Positions 11,208 to 23,300 of a stretch of 64,000 bases of DNA are shown here, piece by piece (the stretch's first letter is position 1; the number at the start of each line of letters is the position of its first letter). The notes under the pieces were generated by a model. It did not search any database and was not told the origin of the DNA. It saw only the letters and a program-made list of their open reading frames with translations. A program made the translations under genes and the position numbers. Source of the DNA: Amoebophrya sp. A120 (Eukaryota > Protista > Dinoflagellata); NCBI GenBank assembly GCA_905178155.1, contig CAJINV010000035.1, forward strand, positions 1,879-65,878, given 5' to 3'.

Positions 11208-14200
11208 CTACGCTCCCTTCTCCTCCTCCTCCTCCTTGCTAGCGCGGTAGAAGTTGTAAGCAAAGTTGTTGTTCTCCCGCAGGGTGTATGCATTGGAAAT
11301 TTGTTCTCGAAATCGGTAGAAATGAGATGAATGATCAGAACTTCCAGTGCTTGTTCTTTTGCATAGTGACGAAAGATTTACGCTTCGATTCTTTTTCTCT
11401 CCAGTTGAAGTTTGTCATGCGTCATTGCAGTATTAGGAAATCCTGATCAACCACGACATCAATGCAGCATCACAAATTCCCGTTTGTTCCCAACCAAGAC
11501 ATATTTGCGATTCATAGCACCTCTCTGCACTCCGCGAAGCGTCCGTGTGCCATCAATGTCGAAAACTCCGTCGCATCCTGTGAAAAAGTCAAAGTATCGC
11601 ACAACCTCTACTACTGGCATTAATCATGCATGACAAATCTTCCTCGTCTATCTGATCATTCTAGTTTCAATTTATTCGGACTTCATGTCTCATGCTGAAC
11701 AAACTTGCTCTTGCAATGCAGTTTATCGGTAGTAGTTTGGTTCTGGCACCCACTGTCGCACAGGATAGGAGTTTAGCAGAGACCAGTGGTCGGTGTTCAG
11801 GAGCTGCATGTGGTGTCTCCAGATGAAGAGCATCCGCCGCGCCTGGCTGGTCTTCGTCGGTTCATCCTCTCGCGCCTTCCCCGTCGAACTGCCTATCGCG
11901 GATTGGCTAGCAAAATCCGCTCCTTCCCGCACCGCAGCGGTACTGCTCTCGTCTTTCACGGCGGCCCAGAGCTGCGTGAACTCTTCGTACTTCGAATCGC
12001 GCACGTCGAACTGCGGGAGGAAAAACTCGCAGACGTCCTTCATCGCCCGTCTGTCGTCATCTTTGGCTACAGATTTCGCATCCGGTAGCTTCGTGTACTG
12101 TCTGAAGAGTTCCTCGAGCGCGATCTCCACTGGGTTGGGAGCAAAAAGTTTGTGGTAGTTGGAAACGCCGGACGGCTGCATTTGCTCGGAGTAAGAGCGC
12201 CCGGAGGTGGTCGGAAAGAAAACGAAATCGAAGTCAAGTATCTCCTCGAGGTCCAGGGTATGCAGCTCGTGCTTCTTGATCCACCCGGCAGCCCCTCCTG
12301 CGGTGGTTGGTTGCGCGGGGTTCAATCTTGCTTCCTGGTCGGACGAAGATGACTGCGTCTGCGGGGCGGGATTTGTATTGCTGCAGTACTCACCTTTCGT
12401 TTCCGCTGCGCCATCGCCGGAAAGAAGATCTACATTCATTCCGGTGCTATCTGCCGTAGCTGTAGCGGAAACTTCGTTGTTCTTGTTGACATCGTCCATC
12501 GTAATCAAATCCAAAAGAGCGACGAGCACTGGGCTCACACGCGCAACTCGTCGCTGCTGCAACAGTGGGCGGGGAATCTTCATTTTTGTTCTCCAGGATG
12601 CCATTTCCGAGTTTGCGCTTGTTGCCACTGCATCACTTCTTATGCCCTACAAAACCATGACGATGTCCCCGTCCCCCATGCCTTCGGGTTCGAATATAAT
12701 TTGTCTTGCATGAATACAAAGCATATGAGCACTGCCCATCTCTACCAAAAGTGTCGTGTTGGTAAGGGAGGAAGGAACAAAATTTTCAAAAGATTCGACG
12801 ATAATCTAGCACTCCACTTGGCGTCGACAGGCAGAGCTGCAGATGCAGCCTCATAATAATATTTTGCATTACAAAACGACTCTGCGTTTGCATCAAAAGT
12901 TTGAGAGGCGGTGGCGGGACCAGAACGAGCGTTCTTTTGTGATGGCATATCAACGTCGTCCGTGGTGCCTGTGAGTAGAGAAAGCTCCTTCAATTCCACA
13001 GGAGTGTAACAGACGTGTGCATCGCGAGGATCACGTGCAGCAGCGTTCGCCTTCGCACCGCCGGTCCTGTGCACAACCTTCTGGGGCAAGTCGCCAGCAC
13101 TCAGGAGAAACAGCTCCTTCTGGTAGCCGGGCAGTGGCAGGATGTTGGTGCTGTAATTCCAGCTGCTACAGGTCTTGTCGAAATGGCGCTTTCCCCACGA
13201 GAGTCGCCACGGGGCGTGGCCCAAAACGCGCGCAACGACGGCAAACGGTACTACTTTTGTTCGTATAAAAAACCACAGCTTGGCTCGAGATCGTCGCTTT
13301 TTAGCATCGGCGTCCAATCCTGGTGGATGATCATCTAATTGAGCAGGAAGCCAGGGAGTGACATACACCTCACGATCGCGATCTGGAGCTGGGTAGCCGC
13401 GGCCGCCGATGCGCACCAGGGTACGCGGGTCGAATGGAAGCAGAGACTTTCCTTGCAGCCGGTACTGCTGTGTATGCGTTATAAAAGCATCGTAAAAATT
13501 TTCGTACCACATTTTATCATGAAGAATTAGGTAAAATTGAATGTAATTCTCAAGCAGGTAAAAGCAAGCGAGCTATCTGTCATGCAAGACACTACAGTTA
13601 CGTACGAGTACGATACAACTTTTGCACAGCATATCTCGCGGCCTCGAACAAAGCCTCCCAGGGAAAGGCCGTCGCAGTTACATCCTCTTTTTCGAAAATA
13701 AACCAACGCTGGAGCAAATATTCCGCGCGTTCCGCATGGCCGAATCCGTAACCATTGCAGTAATGGGACCAGTTAAAGGCGTGGCAGTAGCTGTTCCACA
13801 TGAAGCGATCCTCGGGAACCCAAACTGGGTTTGGTGACGGAAGAAAGGCGCTGCTGTTTTTGGTACCTTTGGTCCAGACATCTGTCTCCACGATCGCGGA
13901 TGTGCGAAGACGCCATTTGCTCTCGCAGGTGAGACCAATCTCCTTGTTGTGCTTGGAATCGCCCGCTGCATTGTGGCAAGAGCCAGGTTCCTTTTTCGCG
14001 AATTCATTCTCCTCATCTGTGATGCTGCGCTGGGCTGCGGTCTCGCTGGTGTTGTTTTGCCGCTTGTTGCCATCTGACGGGTTCTTGTGACTACTTTTTC
14101 CGCTCGCTAGCTCCGCCACTAGGTTGACGATGCTCTCCGCTACTTTCTCCGAGTCGGCCAAACTCTGGCTCCACGGTAGTTGCTGCGTGCTGTCCCGGTT

Positions 14201-17200
14201 TACGAAGTCCACCCACGAGTTCAGCCGCTGATCCACATATGTGGCCGCGTCGTCGCAATCGTGCTGTTGATCTTGATTTCGTAACACTATATCAAGCGCG
14301 GTTCGGGAAATCTCGCGCTCCACCATACCAGTTTTATCCGCGGACCCCGGATTCCTATGATCTTCGGCGGGTGCGAAGGCGCGCCACTTGGCCGTGAACG
14401 GAGGCTCTAGGAGAAGCTGCATCATGAAGTGCCACTTTCCCGTCATTAGCATCAGCTGCTCTGGCGGGATGCTAGTGCTTCCGTCGGGACCTGTTCCTTC
14501 CATCTTGGTGCAGCGAAGGCTTGTAGTCGCGCGGCCTCCTCTTTCGTCGTAGGTATCTTCCAGGCGCGGGCGCGGACAGTGGCAGGTCATGCGCAGAAGA
14601 GTTTCCACTGCATGCACGATGTGCATCGGGCAATACCACAGCTCATTCCGATTTGCATCCAGCAAATCCGTGTCGCCGACGGCCGCGTAACACCGGCAGT
14701 CAAAGCATTCTACCAGTCGTACGGAAAGCGGAACGAGCAAGCGCGTGGCGAGCACTGCAGCGGTGTATGACACGAAATACTCCGGGTCGAAAGCCCCCGT
14801 GCGTCCGTCGACGCACAGGTAGCCAAAGCAGTTTTTCGGGGTCCGGGGGTCGGTGCGGTACAGGCGGTGGTGGCGATACTCCTCGTTGAAGAGCCACGCT
14901 GCAAATCGTGCGTTCACTTCTGCAGGGAGTCGTGCTTGCCATTGCTGCCACTCTGCCACATCCGCATCCGTAGGGTGGACGAAATCGGGCTCGTCGTCGT
15001 AGAAAAATAAGTCGTTGTCGTATGCATTGCAAATGTGTATCGGTGTGGAAAAGTGCGAACTTTGTCACGCTGTTTTTGTATGACCCAGCAGAGCTTCTGG
15101 CATGCAAGCTCTCGCCTCACTGATTGCGGAGCTTTCTCAATTATACTCATATCTCGAATATAAATATATAAACTCCAGGTCCAGACTTTGATGACAAGAA
15201 ACAAGCTACTTTTGCGGCCTTCTGTGCATGACAGATTTTTGTCTCGACTAGACCCATACGTATTCGCAATGCCTATGTCGGGGCGGAGTTGCAATTCACC
15301 ACAATCGATTGGAGGTCCGCTAGCTTGAAAGTTCGACCATCCATTGTAGGCGCCGGGCTTCAAGTATGCCAGTAGACAACTTCTACGCCCTTTCCTTTAC
15401 TTAGCAGAGCATGAACAGCAACAAGAACCAAGCCCTTGCTGTTCAGGTTGAAGTTTCCGCACGATGACATCAAATTTACACACATCAGATTGTAGTAATG
15501 TTTGTGAAGACGAAGAAGATCTCGAACTTTGTCACGCGGACCGTGGCAACAGATTGATATTCTGGTTAACCGAGCGGATATTAGTGGTGGTTTTCGCCCT
15601 GCAAATCTAGAAAGGGTGAGTTGTGGATTCTGATACCATGACGAACCACGACCCGGATTTGTCTGCCTCCGCCGTACCCGCCACAGCTCCCGGGAACTCC
15701 ACGGCCTTCGTTGTCACACGGATCGCGCAAATCTTTCTCCGTTGTCCCTGCTGCGCTGGTGCGGCGCAGGACGCTGCCGTATTTTGATTTTCAGTCTTCG
15801 CCACAGCCGGTTGGGACGCCGACGTTGCAGAAGCAGCACTAGACGTGGTTCCAGTAGCAGTTGGCACTAGCCGCAATGTCGAGCCAGACTCTGCGGCAGC
15901 GGAATAACCGACCGGCTCTGCGTGCTCCGTTTCGGTGGCGCTGTCCAACACGCCGGGGTGTGTTGGCGATGCGGAGTTGTTTTGTTCCGCACGGGCTCCG
16001 ACTGGAACACCAGCGGTTTCTCGGGTTGCTCCTGCAACTCCAGTCTGGAAAACAAGCGTACGACCCACCGACGACGCTGCGCCAGAGCTGCTGCTGTGGA
16101 AAGTAGACTTCGGCAGAAGAGATTCGTTTCCCGCTGGGACGGCGGCCTGCTTCCCGCGATTCTCTTCGCCAGAGCGAGATGGGGGTCCTCCAGCACAAAG
16201 TGCGTCAAGCCTGGTGCTCGGCACTGTCTATGAACTGCAAAAGTATCGCACTCGTATAAATGCATTACAAATTTCCTCAGCATGAGAAATAAAATTTGTA
16301 ATGCTGATTTACCTTAAGCAAAAGATTTGTAATGCAAGAATTGCACTTATACGAGTTGTACGATACTTTTGCACAGGATACTGTCGCGGTAGGGAAGAGA
16401 AGAAATTCCAGCATTTCCTTCTCGTCTATGGCGCTCTCAACTGTTGCATTCTCAACTGTATAATATGAATTTGTGATGCAAGAATGGCAACGGAGAAAAG
16501 GGTGACCTTGCACGTGTCGCATGACAGATTTGCGACAGATCCTCAGCCTCTTTGGCTCTTCTAGAATCTGTCATGCGAAGCAGCTTGATCACGTCGATTC
16601 TACTTCGTAAGTTTGCATGACAAATCATTGATAACAGTTGAAAATGTAACATTTGAGAACGCCATATCGTCTTCTACGAGTAATTCCACTGGTGCAAACG
16701 ACGGGGTCTTCGGGCTCCTCGATGGCCCGCTGCCGCTCTGCGCACTTTGCGGACTGCTCAACCGGGACATGCGCAGCGACAAATCGTCGATTGGGTGCTG
16801 GTCCTCCTGGAGACGCTGCAACTCCTCGCTGTTTTGCAGCTCCGGCTGCTCCACGACGCCCTCCATGGCTGTACTCGGTGACGCTTGTCAAAAAGAAAAA
16901 TTCCCCCTCCCCAAACTGAAAAGGTATATTTTTGGAAATTTGTGATGCTAATTTGTGGTCACAAATCGTGTCTGTCTTGCAAGAAGGCAACTCCGCAGGC
17001 TCCGCCGCTTTGTGCGGGCGGTTTCTCATGCTGTCGGGCCTACAGTGCGGACGTTTTTCATGCTAAGTGCCTAGGCCACAGCCTCTCCACTCACGCTTGG
17101 CATGGGCCTGCACTGCTCTCCAGCAAGACAGCTCCGATTTGTGTACACAATTCCAGCATCACAAATTTCGTTTTGATATGGGGAGGACGGATTTTTCCTT

Positions 17201-18059
17201 TCGATAACGCTTCCGGCGTGTTCTGTGCGCTCTCCGGCACACGCCAAATCTGCAGCATGGACGCCGGAATTGTCGGAAAAAACATGAAGTATCGCACTTC
17301 TAGTTCTAGTAGCCATCTAGTGATCATGCATGACACATCTCCTTTCTGTAGCTACATCAGCATTGCACAAAATTCATCTCGTTTTCTTCATTATGCCAAG
17401 AAACAAGTTTGTAGATGCATACTTAAAAAGTCCTCGTACTAGTCGCGCAACAATACTTATCACGAGAAAAAAGTGTTACAGTTACACATTTGTTGGAGTT
17501 TCTGCATCACAAATTTTCTCTGTGTACCAAAGAAAACTTCTAATGCGAAGAGCAGAAGGGAAAACAGGAAGGAAACGAGGCTCGCAAGCATTTCCTGCAT
17601 GAGAAACGTTGTCTGTGTTGCCGGTCTTGCAACACAATGTGTAACTGTAACACTTTTTTCTTGCGATAATACTTCTGCACAGATGAATAGCCGGCGCGAT
17701 CCGTTTGGCGAAGTGAATCATGAGGAGTCTTTATGCAATACAAATTTTCCGCACAGTGTGTACAAAACGCATCACAAATTTCGCAAAGAACTTAGAGGAA
17801 GCAACTCGTCATGCTGATGCTGAGCAAAAGGTTTGAAGGAAAAATCAAAATTTGTCATGCGGAAGGAACATTTGTACGTCGTGTACAGAAAATTTCCTGT
17901 GGATAGTCTTTCCTTGAAGTGCTTGGCGGTGACTTTCAGTACCAATTTCCCATCCTCATCACGGTACAGGCTGCCCGCCAGCGGTGGTTTTTGTAGTTCC
18001 GTAAAAGGCAGCTCGACGAAATCCTCGTCACCGCTGAGACCGTGGCGGAAACGAAGCAT
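11208..18059 (-). CDS. Hypothetical protein (~1369 aa) with 11 introner introns
   Basis: Element+5 removal at 11287-11516, 11574-11725, 12641-12949, 13473-13633, 15021-15275, 15365-15635, 16229-16380, 16427-16666, 16886-17206, 17268-17689 and 17732-17905 joins the track ORFs into one 4110-nt ORF (ATG 18059, TAG 11208-11210). No recognised domain. Confidence 0.78.
15021..15275. mobile_element. Introner element, family A-like
   Basis: TA termini, perfect flanks tgtcg/tgtcg. Confidence 0.85.
16427..16666. mobile_element. Introner element, TATGGCGTTCTCAACTGTT family
   Basis: Long TIR with internal tandem ttctcaactgt; perfect flanks tcgtc/tcgtc. Related copies at 28416-28662 (acccc/acccc) and 33003-33238 (gaggg/gaggg). 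Confidence 0.88.
16886..17206. mobile_element. Introner element, ~320-nt family with GAAAAA..CCCC ends
   Basis: Perfect flanks acgct/acgct; left end is a TG variant. Related copies at 27028-27348 (catat/catat), 40965-41287, 51360-51632 (cccga/cccga) and 2892-3163. Confidence 0.82.
17458..17668. mobile_element. Introner element nested inside another introner (17268-17689)
   Basis: TIR tatcacgagaaaaaagtgttacagttacacatt / aatgtgtaactgtaacacttttttcttgcgata; perfect flanks atact/atact inside the outer element's right TIR. Same family at 30164-30372 and 50595-50803. Confidence 0.88.
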
Positions 18060-18608
18060 GGCTGCGGCAGCGATCGGAGAACAAGCCGGAGGTGGCTACG
18101 AAGAAACACCGAAGGAAGTACTTAAAGTCGTTGTCGCAAGAATCTTCTACGTGCAGAAGCGCAGCCCCTCTGTGGCTCCTTTGCCTTGTACGTCAATAGG
18201 ATGCGTTGACTTGTTCTCTCCGCCCCGCTCTGAAAATTTCCGCCGCTTCTTCAAAGTAGAAGACGCTGTTCTCAGCCGTCGACGGCGGAGGGCGGCATAT
18301 TATTTCGGCACGCAGTACGAAAATGTCGTATTTCTTTCTGTAACCTCGCGTCCTCCAACAGGGAGACGAAGTCGATCAAAAAAAAAAACGCTCTGCTGGT
18401 CGAAGAACGAGTATCCAGCACAGTCATCTTCACGCCACCCTAAATCAATTTGTGAGTTGTACACCGGTGTTGTGAAAGTACAGTATTGTACACCTATTTA
18501 ATCCGTGGCACGAAGACTCCTCGCACAAACAAACTACTCGCGTTGAACGGGGGGAGGAAAGAAACAGGAGGCCGCGAATTTTTACAGATAGTAACACTAC
18601 TAGGTTGG

Positions 18609-19814
18609 TACTGGCGCAGTTTGTAATGCTGGCGAAGAGGGCGCGACCACCCTCGCACGACCGTGCACCCTGGTCCTTTGCTACTCGGGGCGGAGTATTC
18701 TAGCTACTTCGGGGCTTGTATTGCCAGCTGCGCGCGTCACCCGCTGAAGAGGCCTTCTTCTGGAAGGTCAACAAATGCGCCACTAACTAGAGAAGTAGTC
18801 CCATCGAAATGCGCAATCTGTCATGCTGACACGTAGCAAAAGGAAAGACGGCGGTGGCGTGTTTGTGCAAAAACAAAGCGAGCCCATTCGGATTCCTTGT
18901 GTCACACGCACTGCGCATTACAAACTGACTCCGACGCAGGCAGCTTGCAAGAACGAGTCCGCCTGGACTAGTTCTCTCATACGGAAATCGCATTACAAAC
19001 AGCAACCTACTGGCGCAGTTTGTAATGCTGGCGAGGATGGCTAGGGCACGACCACCCTCGCACGACCGCGCACCCTGGTCCTTTGCTACTCGGGGCGGAG
19101 TATTCTAGCTACGTCGGGGCTTGAATTGCCAGCTGCGCGCGTCACCCCCTGAAGAAGCCTCCTTCTGGAAGGTCAACAAATGCGCCAGCAACTAGAGAAG
19201 TAGTCCCATCGAAATGCGCAATCTGTCATGCTGACACGTAGCAAAAGGAAAGAAGGCGGTGGCCTGTTTGTGCAAAAACAAAGCGAGCCCATTCGGATTC
19301 CTTCTGTCACACGCACTTCGCATTACAAACTGACTCCGACGCAGGCAGCTTGCAAGAACGAGTCCGCCTGGACTCGTTCTCTCATACGGAATCCGCATTA
19401 CAAACAGCAACCTGCTGGCGCAGTTTGTAATGCTGGCGAAGATGGCGCGACCACCCTCGCACGACCGCGCACCCTGGTCCTTTGCTCCTCGTCGCGGAAT
19501 ATTCAGCTACTTCGGGGCTTGTATGCCCAGCTTCGCGCGTCACCCGCTGAAGAGGCCCCCTTCTGGAAGGTCAACAAATGCGCCAGCAACTAGAGAAGTA
19601 GTCCCATCGAAATGCGCAACCTGTCATGCTGACACGTAGCAAAAGGAAAGAAGGCGGTGGCCTCGCTTGTGCAAAAACAAAGCGAGCCCATTCGCATTCC
19701 TTCTGTCATACGCACTGCCAATTACAAACTGACTCTTACGTCGTAGGCAGCTTGCAAGAACGAGGCCGCCTGGATTCGTTCTCTCATACGGAATCCGCAT
19801 TACAAACAGCGACC
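18609..19814. repeat. Tandem repeat, 3 copies of a ~400-bp unit
   Basis: Units start at 18609, 19008 and 19413 (t(a/g)ctggcgcagtttgtaatgctggcg); units are highly similar by eye and give near-identical short ORFs in the track. Confidence 0.95.
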
Positions 19815-20357
19815 TAATGGGCAATTTGGAACTTCACACTTTGACTCGTTTGTCGACTACCTAATAAATTAGATCGATGTCGACGAACGGCAACGGCTGA
19901 CTTCATGATATCGTCGCGCATTTTTTACTGCGATTTCATCATCTACTCCTCCAGATGTTGCGTTGAAAATCTCGAGATCTTCAAGTCGACTGGAAACAAT
20001 AAACAAAGTGATGCTTCTAGTACGAGGAGTAGGTCTAAAGCTAAACAGAGCTTGCGGTACAGATTCCAGAGCTGCGCAGAGAGGCGTTAAAGTCTTGTTT
20101 GCCACAAGCCTGTTGTTAAAGAAGAAAGTCATTTTCAATCGGGAAATGTCCGCCTTTGATGCGGTGTTTTACTTTTGGTTATTATTCTCTCTGAATAGTC
20201 ATGTAGGCACTTATCGCCAGGAAAAAAAGAAGGATCAAACTCACTCTGCTCACAGGAACACAAACAGCCGCACAATTCGTTTCTGTTGAAGTCACTTGTT
20301 TGACCTTCGACTTCAATGTGACGAGCATAAACAGATTTTTATTTGATTATTTGCTCC

Positions 20358-23300
20358 TCACTCGACCAACTTCAACGACCACAGTGCTTTATTTTTGAAC
20401 TCGCCAGTACAATTCGATGCAGGAGACGTCGTCGCACCTCCCCCACCAACGACCTCAATCAACGAGTTTTTCGTCGGTTTTGCGACTAATCTCACTTGCT
20501 CGCCGATACTCAGTTTGGACAAAATTTCGCTTGTCGTTTCCAAACTCTCCACCGTCCCCGCTTTCGTGTGGCGGAGTTGGGGGAGGAAAAACTCCACTTT
20601 GCTCGTGGTGGTGGTCGGAACAGCAGGCGCCATAGTTTCGTCGACTTCAGACTCTGGACAAGAACCTTCGGCGAGTCGTGTTGAGATAGTCGTGGTGGAA
20701 CGACCTTGTCGGTCATCCCCGTCTTGAGACGAGCAGCTGCCACTGTCTTCAGTTCCATTACCATTTCCCAGCACCGCCGGATTGTTCATTGACGCCATGG
20801 CGGCTGGTGCGCCACCCATTTTTTGCCCGCCATCAGCTGTCGAAACTGACGGAACAGGCGTTGTAGGGGCAGTGCTACTACCAGAGCAGATCGCGGCGGG
20901 TGTAGAAGTCGTGGTAAGATCAGGACTCGCATACCTCGTCGACGCATGTATTTTCCACACCACTCCGACAAGCTCCACTCCTCTCTCGGGCAACGGTTGC
21001 CTTCGCAAGAATTCCGCGAAATACCACAATCGGCAGTCCGCCGCGGCGTCGTCCTGCCGGCGGCTGTAGTCGGTGCATCGGGCGGTGATCTGCTGCAGGT
21101 CCGACCACTCAGATTCGGAGATCGCTGGAGGTCGCGTCGACCTATTTTGTGCTGCGTTCACTTCTGTATCCTCCGCAGCTGCAGGTCGTGCGACTGCTTT
21201 CTCATACTCGTACTCATTTCCCACTGCTCTCGCCAGCATCCTATGTACGATGATATCTGCGTAGCGGCGGATTGGGGAGGTGAAATGTAAATACCCCTCA
21301 AGGTTCAGGCCCCAGTGGAAAGTAGTAGCAGTGGAAGACGTAGATGATGACGAACAAGACGCAGTGCTTGTGTTTTTGTCAGCCTGATGGTCTACAACTT
21401 CCGCTACGTGCTGATCCTGATCAGCATTCTGTATCGTGGTTTCCTCGTCGCCATCCACCATCTTATACTCCGCTTTTTCCAGTGCCTGCAACGCACTAAA
21501 AGTCACACTCTCGGCGAGGCTTGTGGGTAGGTGGGTTTGGGCAAATTGAAGAATTTCTTCCACCGTGGGCTGAGGATTGTTTGTGTCGGTGGCGTTTTGA
21601 CAACCATCATAGTTGGACCCACTGGTACTGTATGAAATGCAAAAGAATCGTAGTACTAGTATATATCGCATGACAAATTTCCCCAGCATGAGAAATAAAG
21701 TTTGTAGTGCGGATTTAACTTGAGAAAGAAATTTGTATTGCATGACTGCGATTACTACGAGTACGATACTTTTGCACGGAATATGCTACCACCTGTGTTC
21801 CCCCCGTCGATCGAAACGCCAGTGAGAAAATGCTGGATTTTCTGCTTCATCGTCATGGTTTCGGCCGTGCATTGAGGTGCATTTTTAGTACCCGCTTCTG
21901 ATGCAGCTTCCTCTCTGGTGCTGGTAGTGTTGGTTTCCGCAGCGCTTCTGCTGGCAACATGTCTACCATCTTTCCCCTTCGCTACCAAGTCGTGCAAAAA
22001 CAGCAACAGCTGCTTCCGAATCTGGTTACTGGTGTCCGGATGGATCCGCTGCATGGTTTTGTGCTGATAAGCTTGCAGCAATTTCTTCGCGACAACATGA
22101 TTCGCCAGCACCATCAGCTCCTCGATAATTCGGTGCGAGTCGAAGTAGAAGGGTCGTTTGTCATGCTGGTTTTCCACTGAATGCGCTGTCTTACCAGTAC
22201 TGTCCTTCGTGCCGTTACTCACAAATTCAAACCTCGTTGGCCAGCCCGTCTCCTGGTCAAATTCCATGACAACCTCGTCACTGGCGTTGCCAAAATTCAG
22301 GGTCAATCCGCCGGACTGCAATCTCTGCTCCCGACGTGATTTCGTCACGATTGCCAGGTGCTGCAGGATCTCCTTCGGAGTGGTTGGGAGGAGGCGCTTT
22401 TTGAAGGTAGATGTTGCGCTGGTTGTAGTGTTGCGCTTGTCCTTGTTCGCTGCGGTTTTCGCATGACAAATTTCTTCTGGCTCAGCTGTAGTGGCAGCAG
22501 CAATCTCCTTCTCCTTCACCAGCATGACAGATTCCCTCGGCACTGGAAAAACGCCGTCGTGCGAGTCGTTGAGCAAACACTCGTTGACACTGTCGTAGTC
22601 CATCCGGGCTGCCGGGCGGATCAGTGTGCGGTGGAACTTTGTCATGCTGGGAACGGTATTGCCGCTGGGTTTGTCATGCGTTGCTCCATCATGTTCATGG
22701 TCGTAAGCTCCTTCTTCTTGTTCTCCAATGATCTTCCCGGTCTCCGGATCCAGGGAGACGAAAACCGAAAAGCAGTTCTTCTCCCTAGGAACAGCAGGAT
22801 CGACAACGTCGCTGGTCGTGCGATTTCTCCCACTAGGCTCCACATCCGTCGCATCCAATGAGCAGCACCGCTCCGAAAGAGCTCGCGGCAGCATCGGGTA
22901 AACCCAATTTGGAAGATAAACCGTGGTCGTTCGGCTTTTCGCGACCTCGTCACACAGTGACCCGGGCCGGACGTAGTGCGCGACATCCGCAATGTGGATG
23001 CCAACTTGGAGGATTTTCTTCTTGATGCTTTCTGTAGAAGTAGTGGTTGGCGCAGCGCTTTTTATTGCCGATGAACTATCCGCCGTGCAGCTTCGTTCTC
23101 TAGCAGGGCCACTGCTACTCGAAGGAAATGCTGATGTCCCTTTTGTCGCCCGGATCCCCTCCCGCTTGTACACCTTCTCCCACCACTCCGCCTGGTCGTC
23201 CAGTGAATCGAAAATCTGCACGGAGATTGCGTCATCCAAATCTTTCGCGGTCGTTGGATCGATGGAGAAAACGTACAAATCGTTTGTCAAATCCACTCTG

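Noticed and set aside
18609-19814. Spliced-leader, 5S or snRNA gene array
   Set aside because: No dinoflagellate spliced leader (CCGTAGCCATTTTGGCTCAAG) or recognisable RNA gene sequence was seen.
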